DNA of 64,000 nucleotides from Methanosarcinaceae archaeon (GTDB taxonomy: Archaea > Halobacteriota > Methanosarcinia > Methanosarcinales > Methanosarcinaceae). The notes beneath the pieces are model-generated. The model was not told where the DNA came from and made no database searches. It worked only from the letters and a program-made list of their open reading frames with translations. The position numbers and the translations under genes were made by a program. Position 1 is the first letter of the stretch. Every line of letters begins with the position of its first letter. Of the stretch, positions 51,259 through 61,866 are shown piece by piece. The DNA is taken from positions 3,470 through 67,469 of the forward strand of contig DAOUSW010000005.1 of the NCBI GenBank assembly GCA_030627005.1, read 5' to 3'.

Positions 51259-52023
51259 ATGATCGAAATACTGAAAATCCTCTTCTGCATGCCCTTTTTG
51301 CTCTACTCATGCTACTCCGACCTGAAGGCCCGGCGGGTCTCCAATAAGGTCTGGAAATACATGCTAGCCTCGGGCTCGGTCTTTGTCCTCTATGAACTTG
51401 CTACAGGCGGGGTTCCCTATCTCAAAGCCCTTCTCATTTCCGGTGTAATCGTATTTGTTATCGTCTACATCCTTTTCCAGTTCGGGGCTTTCGGAGGCGG
51501 GGATGCAAAAGGGTTGATCGTGCTTTCCATCCTTCTTCCCACTTACCCGGTCTTCAGGCTGGGCGGGGAATTTTATCCCCTGCTCGGCCTTCCTCCTATC
51601 GGGCTCTTTACGTTCACGGTGCTCGGAAATGCCCTGCTCCTCACAATCATCGTGCCCCTCGGGATGTTTTGCTACAACCTCCTGCACTTTTCCCCTGAGA
51701 TGCTCAAAAAGCCCTTCTACATGTTCATAGGGTACAGGACTGCGATTTCTTCCCTGAAGAATAAAGAGCACCTCGGCCTGCTCGAGAAGTTTGAGATGAA
51801 TGAAGCCGGAGAATTGAAACGGAGCTTTGCCAGGGCTGGGCTTAACTTCGATGCAAACCTGAAGCCCGAACTTGAAGAATACGTAAAAAAAGGTTTGATT
51901 GGAAACGAGGTCTGGGTGACTCCCGGCCTTCCGTTCATGCTTTCGATTACTGCAGGTTTTGTTGCTGCAGTTGTGTTTGGCGACCTCCTGTTTTACATGG
52001 TCATGCACTTGATGCTTGGGTGA
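51259..52023 (+). CDS. Prepilin/prearchaellin peptidase (A24; FlaK/PibD-like)
   Basis: YSDLKARRVSN and GGGDAK catalytic aspartates; VWVTPGLPF. Confidence 0.9.
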   Translation: MIEILKILFCMPFLLYSCYSDLKARRVSNKVWKYMLASGSVFVLYELATGGVPYLKALLISGVIVFVIVYILFQFGAFGGGDAKGLIVLSILLPTYPVFRLGGEFYPLLGLPPIGLFTFTVLGNALLLTIIVPLGMFCYNLLHFSPEMLKKPFYMFIGYRTAISSLKNKEHLGLLEKFEMNEAGELKRSFARAGLNFDANLKPELEEYVKKGLIGNEVWVTPGLPFMLSITAGFVAAVVFGDLLFYMVMHLMLG

Positions 52024-52058
52024 ACACTTGTCTCAGGCATTGCAGTAACGGACTCTTT

Positions 52059-52219
52059 TATAGTCCCGAACGTAAATATTTACACTTACATTATAACCAC
52101 GGAAGACACCGAAAGCACGGAAGGACTGTGCCCATATTTCCTTTATTCCGTGTTTTCTGTGCTTTCTGTGGTTAAACTTTCACTTGGCATTGGTGAAGGA
52201 ATTTGGGTCCTTGACTATA
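52059..52219 (-). mobile_element. MITE copy 3 (161 bp)
   Basis: Reverse-complement copy, TATAGTC...GACTATA. Confidence 0.85.
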
Positions 52220-52278
52220 GATCAAAAATGGATCAAAAAATGCTCAAAAAATGAATTAAAATGGATCAAAAAAGGTTT

Positions 52279-52866
52279 TCAGCGCTTCTGCACGATCATA
52301 AGCCCGTAAAGGATAGTTTCTGCAATCGGGGGGTTTTCAGGGGTTCCTTTTGCAATCTTCTCTTCCGGGTAGCCGAGGTTTTCACAGGTGTAGAGTTCCG
52401 CCGAAAGGCCCATTTCCAGAAGGACTTCGGCAACTTCTTCGGAGCCGAATTTAGCGTCGGGAAGTAAAAATACATTCCTCCTGTTTTTCAGTTCCCGGAC
52501 CAGTTCGCCTTTTGCGGGCTCGAAGTCCCTGCCGTGGGCAGTAATTGCTGTGAGGTTTGTAAGGTTCACTCTCGTGCGGGCACAGGCTACCTGCATTGAT
52601 GAGATCCCCGGGATTACGGTATCCTTTTCTCCTGCAAACTTCCCGAGGCCGGAAAACATGGGGTCTCCCGTGGACAGGACCACGGCGTCGTCGGGCAGGA
52701 GGTGGAGGGACTTGTAGTCCTTGATCGTGTTTGTCTTGCAGGTGATGTATTTCTGTGCAAGTTCAAGAGCCCGTTTTGCGCCGTAAACGATCGATGCATT
52801 CTGAATAGCCTCGATCCCTTCTTCCGTGAGCATGCCGGGCCCGACCCCGACTCCTACCACTATCAT
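52279..52866 (-). CDS. cbiE: Cobalt-precorrin-7 C5-methyltransferase
   Basis: VGVGVGPG, STGDPMFSG, IPGISS, ENLGYPEE; downstream of cbiD. Confidence 0.88.
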   Translation of the reverse strand: MIVVGVGVGPGMLTEEGIEAIQNASIVYGAKRALELAQKYITCKTNTIKDYKSLHLLPDDAVVLSTGDPMFSGLGKFAGEKDTVIPGISSMQVACARTRVNLTNLTAITAHGRDFEPAKGELVRELKNRRNVFLLPDAKFGSEEVAEVLLEMGLSAELYTCENLGYPEEKIAKGTPENPPIAETILYGLMIVQKR

Positions 52867-52906
52867 GCTTTTTTACCTCTGTCCGCTTTTGTATTTTTAT
52901 TCTCAC

Positions 52907-53926
52907 TCAATTCTCACTCTTGCTGTCCATCAGGACCGAGCCGTCCCTTTCGATGACAACAATCCTTGCGCCATTCCCTTTTTCGATTGCCATCTTGAAG
53001 GCTTCTTTCAGGCGCTCGTGTTCCGGGGCTTTTTCAAGCATCTCCACGACTGTTGCATAGCCGCTTCCTTCGAGCATCTGCGGGTTGCCCCATTTCAGGA
53101 CAAGGCCCGGAAGGCCGCAGATCACAATGTCTCCCGAGGCCGCCCCGAGCCCTTCGGAGATCCGGCTCCCGACCATAACCACGGTATAGTCAGGGAAAAG
53201 CATGTGGGAATAGCGCATCCCTATGCGCCCGGTGGTCAGGACCACTTTGTCGGTACAGCGGATCAGGTCTCCTTTCATCTCGCCAAGGTGGTCGTTCCAG
53301 GGCTCAACGAAGCCGGTGCTTCCGAGGACTGAAATCCCGCCTTCGACTCCTATCCTGCTGTTCAGGGTTTCTTTTCCGATCCTTTCTCCCTCGGGAATCG
53401 AAATCGTGACTTCCGCTCCCCGCAGGCCCAGTTCTTCCACGGCTTCCTGCACCGCGGCTTTGATCTGCCCCATGGGGTTCGGGTTGATTGCAGGCTGACC
53501 TTTCGGGACCTGGAGCCCGTCCCTCTTTACAACCCCTATGCCCTTTCCGCCAAGGATACGGATCCCGTCAGCTTCCCTGGCTTCGCCCACAAACTCAAGG
53601 CCGCGGGTGATATCGGATTCGTGGTCGTTCTGGATCTTTTTTACAATGGCACGCCCTGAACCCGATTCGCTTACTTCAAGGTATGCCCTGAGCCCTGCAG
53701 GGGTCGGGACGGAAACGCGGTCAACTGTTTTTTTAAGGGAGAGGACCGCGGCTTTTGCTGCGGCAGTGGCAGTGGTCCCGGTGGTGTACCCGCGTTTCAG
53801 AACAGAACCGTCGCTCAGGACGACGATCATTCCGGATGCCACTTTTTCTTCCACTTCTTCCCTGGGCATCCCGGTGCGGGCTATCCATTCTTCCGGGATG
53901 TCAAAATTGTTAACGGGATCTATCAT
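52907..53926 (-). CDS. cbiD: Cobalt-precorrin-5B C1-methyltransferase
   Basis: [47 protein letters not shown]. Confidence 0.95.
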   Translation of the reverse strand: MIDPVNNFDIPEEWIARTGMPREEVEEKVASGMIVVLSDGSVLKRGYTTGTTATAAAKAAVLSLKKTVDRVSVPTPAGLRAYLEVSESGSGRAIVKKIQNDHESDITRGLEFVGEAREADGIRILGGKGIGVVKRDGLQVPKGQPAINPNPMGQIKAAVQEAVEELGLRGAEVTISIPEGERIGKETLNSRIGVEGGISVLGSTGFVEPWNDHLGEMKGDLIRCTDKVVLTTGRIGMRYSHMLFPDYTVVMVGSRISEGLGAASGDIVICGLPGLVLKWGNPQMLEGSGYATVVEMLEKAPEHERLKEAFKMAIEKGNGARIVVIERDGSVLMDSKSEN

Positions 53927-54482
53927 GGAAGATATTCAGGGGTTTTTTGTATAAATATATTGATGTGGAAATTTGGAAATGGCCTGATTTTATCCTGCCT
54001 GAATTGAAAATATCCTGGATTTATCCTGTCTGAACCTATCCGGAATTTATTCTGACAGAAAACATCCTGAACAAAAAAAGACATCCGAAAACAGCTTTAA
54101 GAAAAGGGGTGGCACCATTCCAGGGTGTTGGGGATATTTCATTCGTTTTTTCTGGAAATGGGGGGTATCCAGGTTTTGGGAATGGGGGGGGTTTCCATTC
54201 TCTCATGGGGGGTTGGTGTGTGAAAAATAGCCCGGAATGGTGCCTATAAAGATGCCAGTTCTATGCCTGACACCTGTTCCTAACTCTTCAGTTATATTAT
54301 ATAAATGTTTAGCAAATACTTATCTTTTTTCCAGTGTGTCATTTGTTGACATGGGTAGTAATTGTTAGTCTATATACCTGATGTATCTTCCTCCCGGTAG
54401 TGTTTTCCAATACTGGCAAATCAGCTCTTGTTCCCGAGAGTTTGATTATTTGTTTTATGTTGGGGTGCGCAGCCCTGCGGGT

Positions 54483-56695
54483 TTACTGGATTCTGGCAAA
54501 CATCCTGTCAAGTTCCCCTCTCGTGAAGGTGAGGACCGTGGGCCGGCCGTGGGGGCAGGAGTAGGGATTTTCCGCCTGTTTCAGCTGTTCCACCAGTTCT
54601 TCCATCTGCCGCAAACTGCAAGCAGCCCCCCCTTTGATTGCCGCCCTGCAGGCCATGGTCTTGCAGACCTGTTCGGAAACTCCCGTGTCCTTTTTGATCT
54701 TTCCGCCCGCAAGCAGCTCCGAGATGAGGTCGTGGATAATCCCCGGGTCTTCCAGGCGCCCGAAGACGTCCGGCACGAAAGTCACCACATAGGTGTTGTC
54801 CCCGAATTCCGAGATTCCAAAACCGTGTTCTTCAAGGTAGGGGATGTATTCTTCCATGAGCACCTTTTCTTTCGGGGTCAGGTCTATAGTAATCGGGGTG
54901 ATCAGTTCCTGGACCCTGTTCTTTTTCATCTTCAGGATCTGCTCGTAGAGGACGCGCTCGTGGGCGGCGTGCTGGTCGATTATCACAAGGTCCTCCCCTT
55001 TTTCGGCAAGGATATAGATCTTCGAGACCTGGCCAATGATCCGGAGGCCTTCAAGGGGGTCAGTGTTGGCTTTTTTATTCGCTTTTTGCGCCGGGTATTC
55101 CCTTTCTACCTCTTTTTCAGTCCCCTTTTCGGTCTCCTTTTTCAGTCCCTTTTTCAGTCCCCTTTTCAGTTCCTTTTTCAGTCCCCTTTTCAGTTCCTTT
55201 TTCAGTCCCTTTTTCAGTCCCTTTTTCAGTCCCCTTTTCAGTTCCTTTTTCAGTCCCCTTTTCAGTCCCTTTTTCAGTTCCCTTTTCAGTCCCCTTTTCA
55301 GTCTCTTTTTCAGTCTCTTTTTCAGTCCCCTTTTCTATCTCTTTTTCTTTTCTTTCTTCTCCTGTCGCCTTTTCCTCTTCCTTTTCTTTTCCGGCTTCTT
55401 TCCTATCACTCTCGCTGGTAATATCCAGGAGCCGCTCCGATCTTTTCAGTCTTCTTTCGGTATCTTTTACCGGATAACTGTAGGTTTCGGGTTTTTCCCT
55501 GAAGAGTTTGCTTCCGCCTGCCGGAACTTCTGCGGCTCTTACGATGTCTTTTCCGGGACCATTCCCGGGACCATTCCCGGGCTTTTCCGAAGTATCCGTT
55601 TTTTCAGGGAACTGCACCCTGCCCTCCGGCTCCCGGACTTCCAGGGTTTTCTGGTGGGTTTTGCCTTCCTTTTCCCTTATCTCGGGAGCAAGCCCGTGTT
55701 CCGAAAGGGTCTTTTCCACGGCTGCAGTCACTGCATTGCTGATTTCCTCTTCCCTGCTGAAGCGGACCTCTGCTTTTCGCGGGTGCACGTTTACGTCCAC
55801 TTCCTGCGGGTCAAGGGTCAGGGAGAGCACAGCTACAGGGTAACGTCCTTTTGGAATTTTCGTGTAGTAGCCCTGGCGGATGGCTGCGTTTACGGCTTTT
55901 GAGGTCACGGGGCGGGTGTTTACAAAGAGGAACAGCTGGTCTCCGGTTCCCCGTGTAAGTTCGGGCTTTGAGACGCAGCCCCGGATAACAACGTCCCCTG
56001 TCAGGGATTCCACGGGGAGCATGGACCTGGCAGTTTCGGGGCCTAGCAGGTTTACTACACTGTTCAAAAGTTCGCTTGAGGCGGGGTTTCTGAGAACGGG
56101 CTTTCCGTCGCTGAGAAGTGTGAATGAAATCTCAGGGTTTGCTAGGGCGAGTTTCATTACAACGTCCGTGATATGGGCAAGTTCGGTCCTGTCGCTTTTC
56201 AGGTACTTTTGCCTTGCCGGGGTGTTGTAAAAGAGGTCTTTTACGTGTACAGCTGTTCCCGGAGCCGTGCCGACATTCGAGCTTTCCAGTACCTGCCCTC
56301 CGTGGATAACCACCTTCGTGCCTGCGAGTTCTTCGGGGGGGCGGGTCAGGATTTCCACTTTCGCGATAGCAGTAATGGAGGAGAGGGCTTCTCCCCGGAA
56401 ACCCATGGTGGCCACGGTGTCCAGGTCTTCGATTTTCGTAAGCTTGCTTGTTGCGTGTTTTTCATATGCGAGCAGGGCATCTGCCCGGCTCATCCCGCAG
56501 CCATTGTCCCGGACTAGAATCGATTTCTTGCCCCCCTTTCTCGACCTCGATCCGGACCTCGGTGGCTCCGGCATCGATTGCGTTGTCTACCAGTTCCTTT
56601 ATGGCGGATGCGGGACGTTCGATCACCTCCCCGGCTGCGATCTTGTTTATTGTATCCTTATCAAGGATCCTGATTTTATTTCCTTGCCCTTCCAT
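54483..56695 (-). pseudogene. mutL: DNA mismatch repair protein MutL, two +1 frameshifts as sequenced
   Basis: [41 protein letters not shown]; extra G in the run at 56531-56536 and extra A near 55138-55142. Confidence 0.92.
55126..55330 (-). repeat. 12 bp coding tandem repeat (EKGT)n in the MutL linker
   Basis: About 15 or more TTTTCAGTCCCY units. Confidence 0.9.
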
Positions 56696-56779
56696 GCCTC
56701 TTTCTCCTTTTTTCATTTCGTGAGATGTAATTTGCTAGCTCTTTCAGTTCGTGATGCTTAACCTGGCAGCTTTTTCAAT

Positions 56780-56940
56780 TATAGTCCCGGACATAAATAT
56801 TTACACTTACTTTATAACCACGGAAGACACAGAAAGCACGGAAGGATTGTGGCCCAATTTCTTTTATTCCGTGTTTTCCGTGCTTTCTGTGGTTAAACTT
56901 TCACTTGAGATTGGTGAAGGAATTTGGGTCATTGACTATA
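56780..56940 (-). mobile_element. MITE copy 4 (161 bp) between mutS and mutL
   Basis: Inserted in a ~30 bp local repeat; the intact neighbouring unit reads TTTTCAAT-TA-GTGAAAC, showing a TA duplication. Confidence 0.9.
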
Positions 56941-56977
56941 GTGAAACTTAACCAGGCAGCTTTTCAATTAGTGAAAC

Positions 56978-59746
56978 TTAACCCAGCAACTTTTTCAGTT
57001 CGTGAAGCTTGTTCATGGCTTCAAGGGGGGTCATATCGTCCACATTCAGCCTTTTCAGGGCGACTTCCACGGGACTTTGCCTGTTTGCCTGCGCCTGGGT
57101 CCCGCCTCCGCTGCCGGGGTCGAAAAGCAGCATCTGGGTGTAGCGCGTGGCTGCCTTGCCTTTTTTCCTTTTCCCGTTTTCCCCTTCTTCGGCTTCTTCA
57201 AGCAGGTTTTCCCGTTCCAGTTCCTTCAGGATCTCGTTTGCCCTGTCTATCACCTTTTCCGGGACCCCTGCAAGCCTTGCAACCTGGATCCCGTAACTCC
57301 GGTCCGTTGCCCCCGGGACGATTTTCCGCAGGAAAACCAGTTCGTGGCCTTCTTCTTTTACCGCGATGTGGTAGTTTTTGACCCGCTTTAATTTTTCTTC
57401 AAGAGCTGTCAACTGGTGGTAATGCGTGGCAAAAAGGGCTCTTACCCCGACCTTTCCCCGGTTGTGCAGGTACTCAACAACGGCTTTTGCGATGCTGTAC
57501 CCGTCGTAGGTGCTTGTCCCCCTCCCTATCTCGTCCAGGAGGACCAGGCTTTTTGGGCTTGCGTTGTTCAGGATGTTTGCAAGCTCAACCATCTCTACCA
57601 TGAAAGTACTCTGCCCGCTTGCCAGGTCGTCAAAGGCCCCTATCCTCGTAAAGACCTGGTCCACGGTCCCGATGGAGGCATGGGACGCCGGGACAAAGGA
57701 GCCTGCCTGGGCCATGATTGCGATCAGGGCACTCTGGCGCATGTAAGTGGACTTTCCTGCCATGTTCGGGCCCGTTACCAGTAAAAACTGCTTTTCCTTG
57801 CAGTCCATTTCGGTGTCATTAGGGACAAACCCCCCTGGAACGGTATTTTCCACAACAGGGTGTCTTCCGTCTCTGATCAGGATCTTGCAGTCCTCGGTCA
57901 GCTGGGGGCGGACGTAGTTGTTGTTTTCGGAAGCCTCCGCCAGGTTGGCTAGCACGTCCAGGGTCCCGGTGCTTTCCGCTGTCTGCTGCAGTTTCCTTGA
58001 GTATCCTGCAACGGTTTTCGTGATTTTTGCGAAGATCTCGTATTCCAGGGCCACAGCTTTTTCGTTTGCAGAGAGGATCAGGCTTTCTTTTTCCTTCAGT
58101 TCCGGTGTGAAGAAGCGCTCGGCATTGGTCATGGTCTGCTTTCTGATGTAGTCTTCGGGCACCTGGGCGCTGTTAGCGTTGGTAACTTCGATGTAGTATC
58201 CAAAGACCTTATTATACCCGACTTTCAGGGACTTGATCCCGGATTTTTCCCTCTCCTTTTGCTGGAAAGCGGCAATCCACTGCTTGCTGTTGCTTGCAAT
58301 GTCCCTCAGTTCGTCCAGCTCTTCATTGTAGCCCTTTTTGATCATCCCGCCTTCCCGGACCGTTAGAGGCGCTTCGTCCGCGATTCCCTTTTCGATCAGT
58401 TCCGCCAGGGTTTCGAGTTCCGGGAATGCCTCGAGTTCCTTTCCTATCTCTTCCAGGAGTTTCGAGCTGGTCTTCTCGAGCAGGCAGTCCCTTACGGGCA
58501 CAACGGCTGTCAGGGATTTTTTCAGGGCTACAAGGTCCCTTGCGTTTGAGTTCCCGTACACGATGCGGCCGACCAGGCGTTCGATGTCCCGGACCTCGAA
58601 GAGCCAGTCCCGGATGTCATAGCGGAGCAGGGCGTCTCCTGCCAGTTCTTCCACGGCGTCCAGCCGCCGGTTGATATGTTCGACGGAAAGGAGCGGTTTC
58701 AGGAGCCATTTTTTCAGGGCCCGGCTCCCCATGGGGGTCTTTGTGCTGTCCAGCACCTTAAAAAGCGAGTTTTCATTCCCGCCGTCCCGCACATTTTTCA
58801 CGATTTCCAGGTTGCGCAGGGTTATTGCGTCGAGCACCATGAACTCGGAGTTCGAGTAGGTCCGCAGGGTGTTTATGTGGGCAAGGTCCCGCATCTGGGT
58901 GGTCTTTGCGTATTCCAGGGCTGCCCAGGCCGAATATACCGCAAACTCCAGGTTTTCACAGCCCATGCCTTCCAGGGTCGCAACCCCGAAGTGTTTTTTA
59001 AGCATCTCTCCCGCTTCTCCTGTCCCGGAAAGTTCGGGGGCGAATTCGTGGACAATGGTCTGGTCCCTGAGCCGGCCTGCAAGTTCGGGGTTTCCGTAAA
59101 GGGATGGGGGCAGGATGCATTCTGCCGGGTGCATGCGGGCAAGTTCGCTCATAAGCTTTTCAAAACCCTCAGAGTCCCTGAACTGGGTGGTCAGGAATTC
59201 CCCTGTGGAGATGTCCAGAAAAGAGACACCGAGTTCCATTTCCCCGGGGTTTTTGTCGCTTTTGCCGGCTTTGCCGCTTTTCCCTGCTTTATCTCCTTTC
59301 TCGCCTTTCCCGTTCCCACCTTTGCCGCTTTTGCCGCTTTCCCGGCCTGCTACTGCCATCAGGTAGTTATTCGAGGCGTCGGAAAACATGGAGGAATCTA
59401 TGGCTGTCCCCGGGGTCACTACCCGGACAACACCCCGTTTCACGACTCCTTTTGCCTGTTTCGGGTCTTCGAGCTGCTCGCAGATTGCCACGTTGTACCC
59501 TTTGTTGATCAGCCTCGGGAGGTAGGTGTCAATGGCATGGTATGGGATTCCTGCAAGCGGCATCTTTTCCCCGGACTTATCCTTCCCCCGGGCGGTAAGG
59601 GTAATTTCCAGTTCCCTTGCGATTGTCTTTGCGTCTTCCCCGAAAGACTCGTAGAAATCGCCCATCCGGAAGAAGATGAGGGCATCAGGGTGTGCTTGCT
59701 TTGCTTCATAGTACTGGCGCATTGCAGGGGTCATCTGGTCATTCAT
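56978..59746 (-). CDS. mutS: DNA mismatch repair protein MutS
   Basis: TPAMRQY, FRMGDFYESF, TGPNMAGKST, DEIGRGTST, FATHYH. Confidence 0.97.
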   Translation of the reverse strand: MNDQMTPAMRQYYEAKQAHPDALIFFRMGDFYESFGEDAKTIARELEITLTARGKDKSGEKMPLAGIPYHAIDTYLPRLINKGYNVAICEQLEDPKQAKGVVKRGVVRVVTPGTAIDSSMFSDASNNYLMAVAGRESGKSGKGGNGKGEKGDKAGKSGKAGKSDKNPGEMELGVSFLDISTGEFLTTQFRDSEGFEKLMSELARMHPAECILPPSLYGNPELAGRLRDQTIVHEFAPELSGTGEAGEMLKKHFGVATLEGMGCENLEFAVYSAWAALEYAKTTQMRDLAHINTLRTYSNSEFMVLDAITLRNLEIVKNVRDGGNENSLFKVLDSTKTPMGSRALKKWLLKPLLSVEHINRRLDAVEELAGDALLRYDIRDWLFEVRDIERLVGRIVYGNSNARDLVALKKSLTAVVPVRDCLLEKTSSKLLEEIGKELEAFPELETLAELIEKGIADEAPLTVREGGMIKKGYNEELDELRDIASNSKQWIAAFQQKEREKSGIKSLKVGYNKVFGYYIEVTNANSAQVPEDYIRKQTMTNAERFFTPELKEKESLILSANEKAVALEYEIFAKITKTVAGYSRKLQQTAESTGTLDVLANLAEASENNNYVRPQLTEDCKILIRDGRHPVVENTVPGGFVPNDTEMDCKEKQFLLVTGPNMAGKSTYMRQSALIAIMAQAGSFVPASHASIGTVDQVFTRIGAFDDLASGQSTFMVEMVELANILNNASPKSLVLLDEIGRGTSTYDGYSIAKAVVEYLHNRGKVGVRALFATHYHQLTALEEKLKRVKNYHIAVKEEGHELVFLRKIVPGATDRSYGIQVARLAGVPEKVIDRANEILKELERENLLEEAEEGENGKRKKGKAATRYTQMLLFDPGSGGGTQAQANRQSPVEVALKRLNVDDMTPLEAMNKLHELKKLLG

Positions 59747-60024
59747 TTTTTATTCCACTGTAAGCTGTTAAGTCGGTTTGGTATAAAATAGAAAGTCGAG
59801 TGCAGTTGGTAGGGTCAAATTATCCCGGTCAAATTATCCCCGGTAAATTAGCTTAAACCTGCTGCCGCAGCCCAGCCGATGCTCGCTATTGCCGGATTGC
59901 TGCAGCTTGAATTTTATGCTTTTTGAATGCTATGCCTTTATGTGAATCCTGCTTCTTATATATAATTTAACAATTCGGAATTGTAAGCCGATCAAAGGAG
60001 GAACCTGTTCTGAGCCGGGAAAAA

Positions 60025-60216
60025 TTGATCGAGGTCTGTCCTGTCTGCGGGAATTCGGATCTCTACTACGAGGTCGGTGGGTATGCCGGCAAAGTCTACC
60101 ACTGCAAGGAATGCGGGTATATGGGAGCTTTCATTGTAGAGGGGAATGAGGAAATGGTTGATAAAATCCGGGAAAAGTATAAGCGGGAAAAGGAGAAGGT
60201 GGCGGAAGAAAAGTAA
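60025..60216 (+). CDS. Small CPxCG zinc-ribbon protein
   Basis: CPVCG...CKECG; TTG start. Confidence 0.75.
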   Translation: MIEVCPVCGNSDLYYEVGGYAGKVYHCKECGYMGAFIVEGNEEMVDKIREKYKREKEKVAEEK

Positions 60217-60490
60217 GCCGGTAAAAAAATTTCATAGAAATATTTTTAACTGTCTTGGTCATTTAAGGCATCATGAGCACTATTAATAGTTCCAGCACTT
60301 TAGTTACAAGCTCCTTTACTCAAGTCATGCCAGGGGAGTTGTTTTTTGCAATTTTTCTCATTTTGATATTCTGCATTTTCTACTTATTTTACAGGAAAAA
60401 GAGAAAGTGACATCTGGGAAATATATCTGTAATCTTTTTTGAATTCTTCTCCCAAAGCTACAAGGTTTTTGGATTCGCCTGTGGATAAAC

Positions 60491-60702
60491 GGGGTTCTCA
60501 CCGCCCGCCTCTGCGGGCGGCTTTTTCCAATAAATTGCATGGAAAATGAATAAGAGCCTATTCGAAAAGTGGTTACTAACAAATATGCTGGCAAGATACA
60601 ATCTTTCTTATTTGGAATGTCACAGCTCATGTATTTTTATTCATTTTTCTTTTTTTTCAACTTTCCTGGAAAGGCCGCCTGCTTCGCAGTCGGTGAGTGC
60701 CC
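60491..60702. repeat. Two related hairpins in inverted orientation flanking an AT-rich core
   Basis: CTCACCGCCCGC-CTCT-GCGGGCGGCTTTTTCC (60491-60528) and GGAAAGGCCGCCTGC-TTC-GCAGTCGGTGAG (60668-60702). Confidence 0.6.
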
Positions 60703-60981
60703 CGGGACCTGAAATCCAGAGTTAAAAACTGGAACCGGGTTTTAATGATCAATTCAAAAAAGGTGGCAGTTCACATGTTTAAGTAGCAGATCTCGATTTG
60801 GGGATTTTTTATTTGCAGGCCCATCTTTTGATAATATTTTACATTTATCTTTAAAAAATTAACTAGTGGTGTAATAAAAGCCAACTTTTTTAACTGAAGG
60901 CTCTCTTACTTGCAATTATTGGCAAGTTATTCCCCCCCTCTGTACAGTAAATTCTGAAAAATCCCTTAAAATGTGATATAT

Positions 60982-61377
60982 ATGAAACTTCGTGTTGTAA
61001 GTTCAAAAGAAGAAATTGATACATTAAATGAAAGTGAAGAACTCATCCACTTCGCATTCAGGCCGTCCAACAAAGACGTATTCAAACTTATTATAAGGTG
61101 TCCGAATGTAAAAGCGATCCATGTCCCTTCTTCATACAAGAAAACCATTTCCAGCTCTGCCCAGATGTACCTCTCAATGCAGGACATTGCCTTACTTGAA
61201 GGTGATGTATGGGGTCACAGGAAAGACATCAATGAATATTCGGAAGTTTCCCCGCATGTTCTTGGCCGCATAACGGAACTAAAGTCCGAAGGGCTTTCCG
61301 AGCAGGATATTGTTGAACAGATTAAGGGAGAAACAAAACTCAGCCCTGACCTTATAACCTTTATTATGTCTATCTGA
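60982..61377 (+). CDS. DUF1699 family protein
   Basis: MKLRVVSSKEEI..LN..E..IHFAFRPS...GDVWGHRKDINEY. Confidence 0.85.
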   Translation: MKLRVVSSKEEIDTLNESEELIHFAFRPSNKDVFKLIIRCPNVKAIHVPSSYKKTISSSAQMYLSMQDIALLEGDVWGHRKDINEYSEVSPHVLGRITELKSEGLSEQDIVEQIKGETKLSPDLITFIMSI

Positions 61378-61592
61378 TGTTTTTAAAAAACTGCATGTTG
61401 GCCGATCAAATCCTGATCAGCTTTCATTTTCTTTTTTTCTGGTGCTGTTTCCGGCATTCCTTATAATAATTCAATAGAGTCCTATTTTAAAAATCGAAAT
61501 CCGATTCTTAGAAAGCGAGATTCGATTTTAAAAACCGAAATACTAAAGCCAGAACTCTCTGTAAGAAAAACAATTAGAAAATAAGAGTTTGA

Positions 61593-61667
61593 TGGGGCCG
61601 CTGAGATTTGAACTCAAGTCGCAAGACCCCCAGCCTTGCAGGATGGACCAGGCTACCCTACGGCCCC
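61593..61667 (-). tRNA. tRNA-Pro(GGG)
   Basis: GGGGCCG/CGGCCCC-A, anticodon loop CTGGGGG, T loop TTCAAAT. Confidence 0.95.
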
Positions 61668-61866
61668 GCAGAGTAGAATTTGCTTCTTAGATGACAATTC
61701 TTGGTTTGCTTGCCATCGTAAACTATTGTAATCAAATATGTAGTATAAATGTATATCGGTAAGAATATGAAATTTGGGTTCTTTGTTAGTATTTTTGTTT
61801 GGTTGTTGTTGTGAGGAAAAGCTATCCTCATTTTTTTATTTGTCCTTCCTTCCTCGCTCCGGATTC

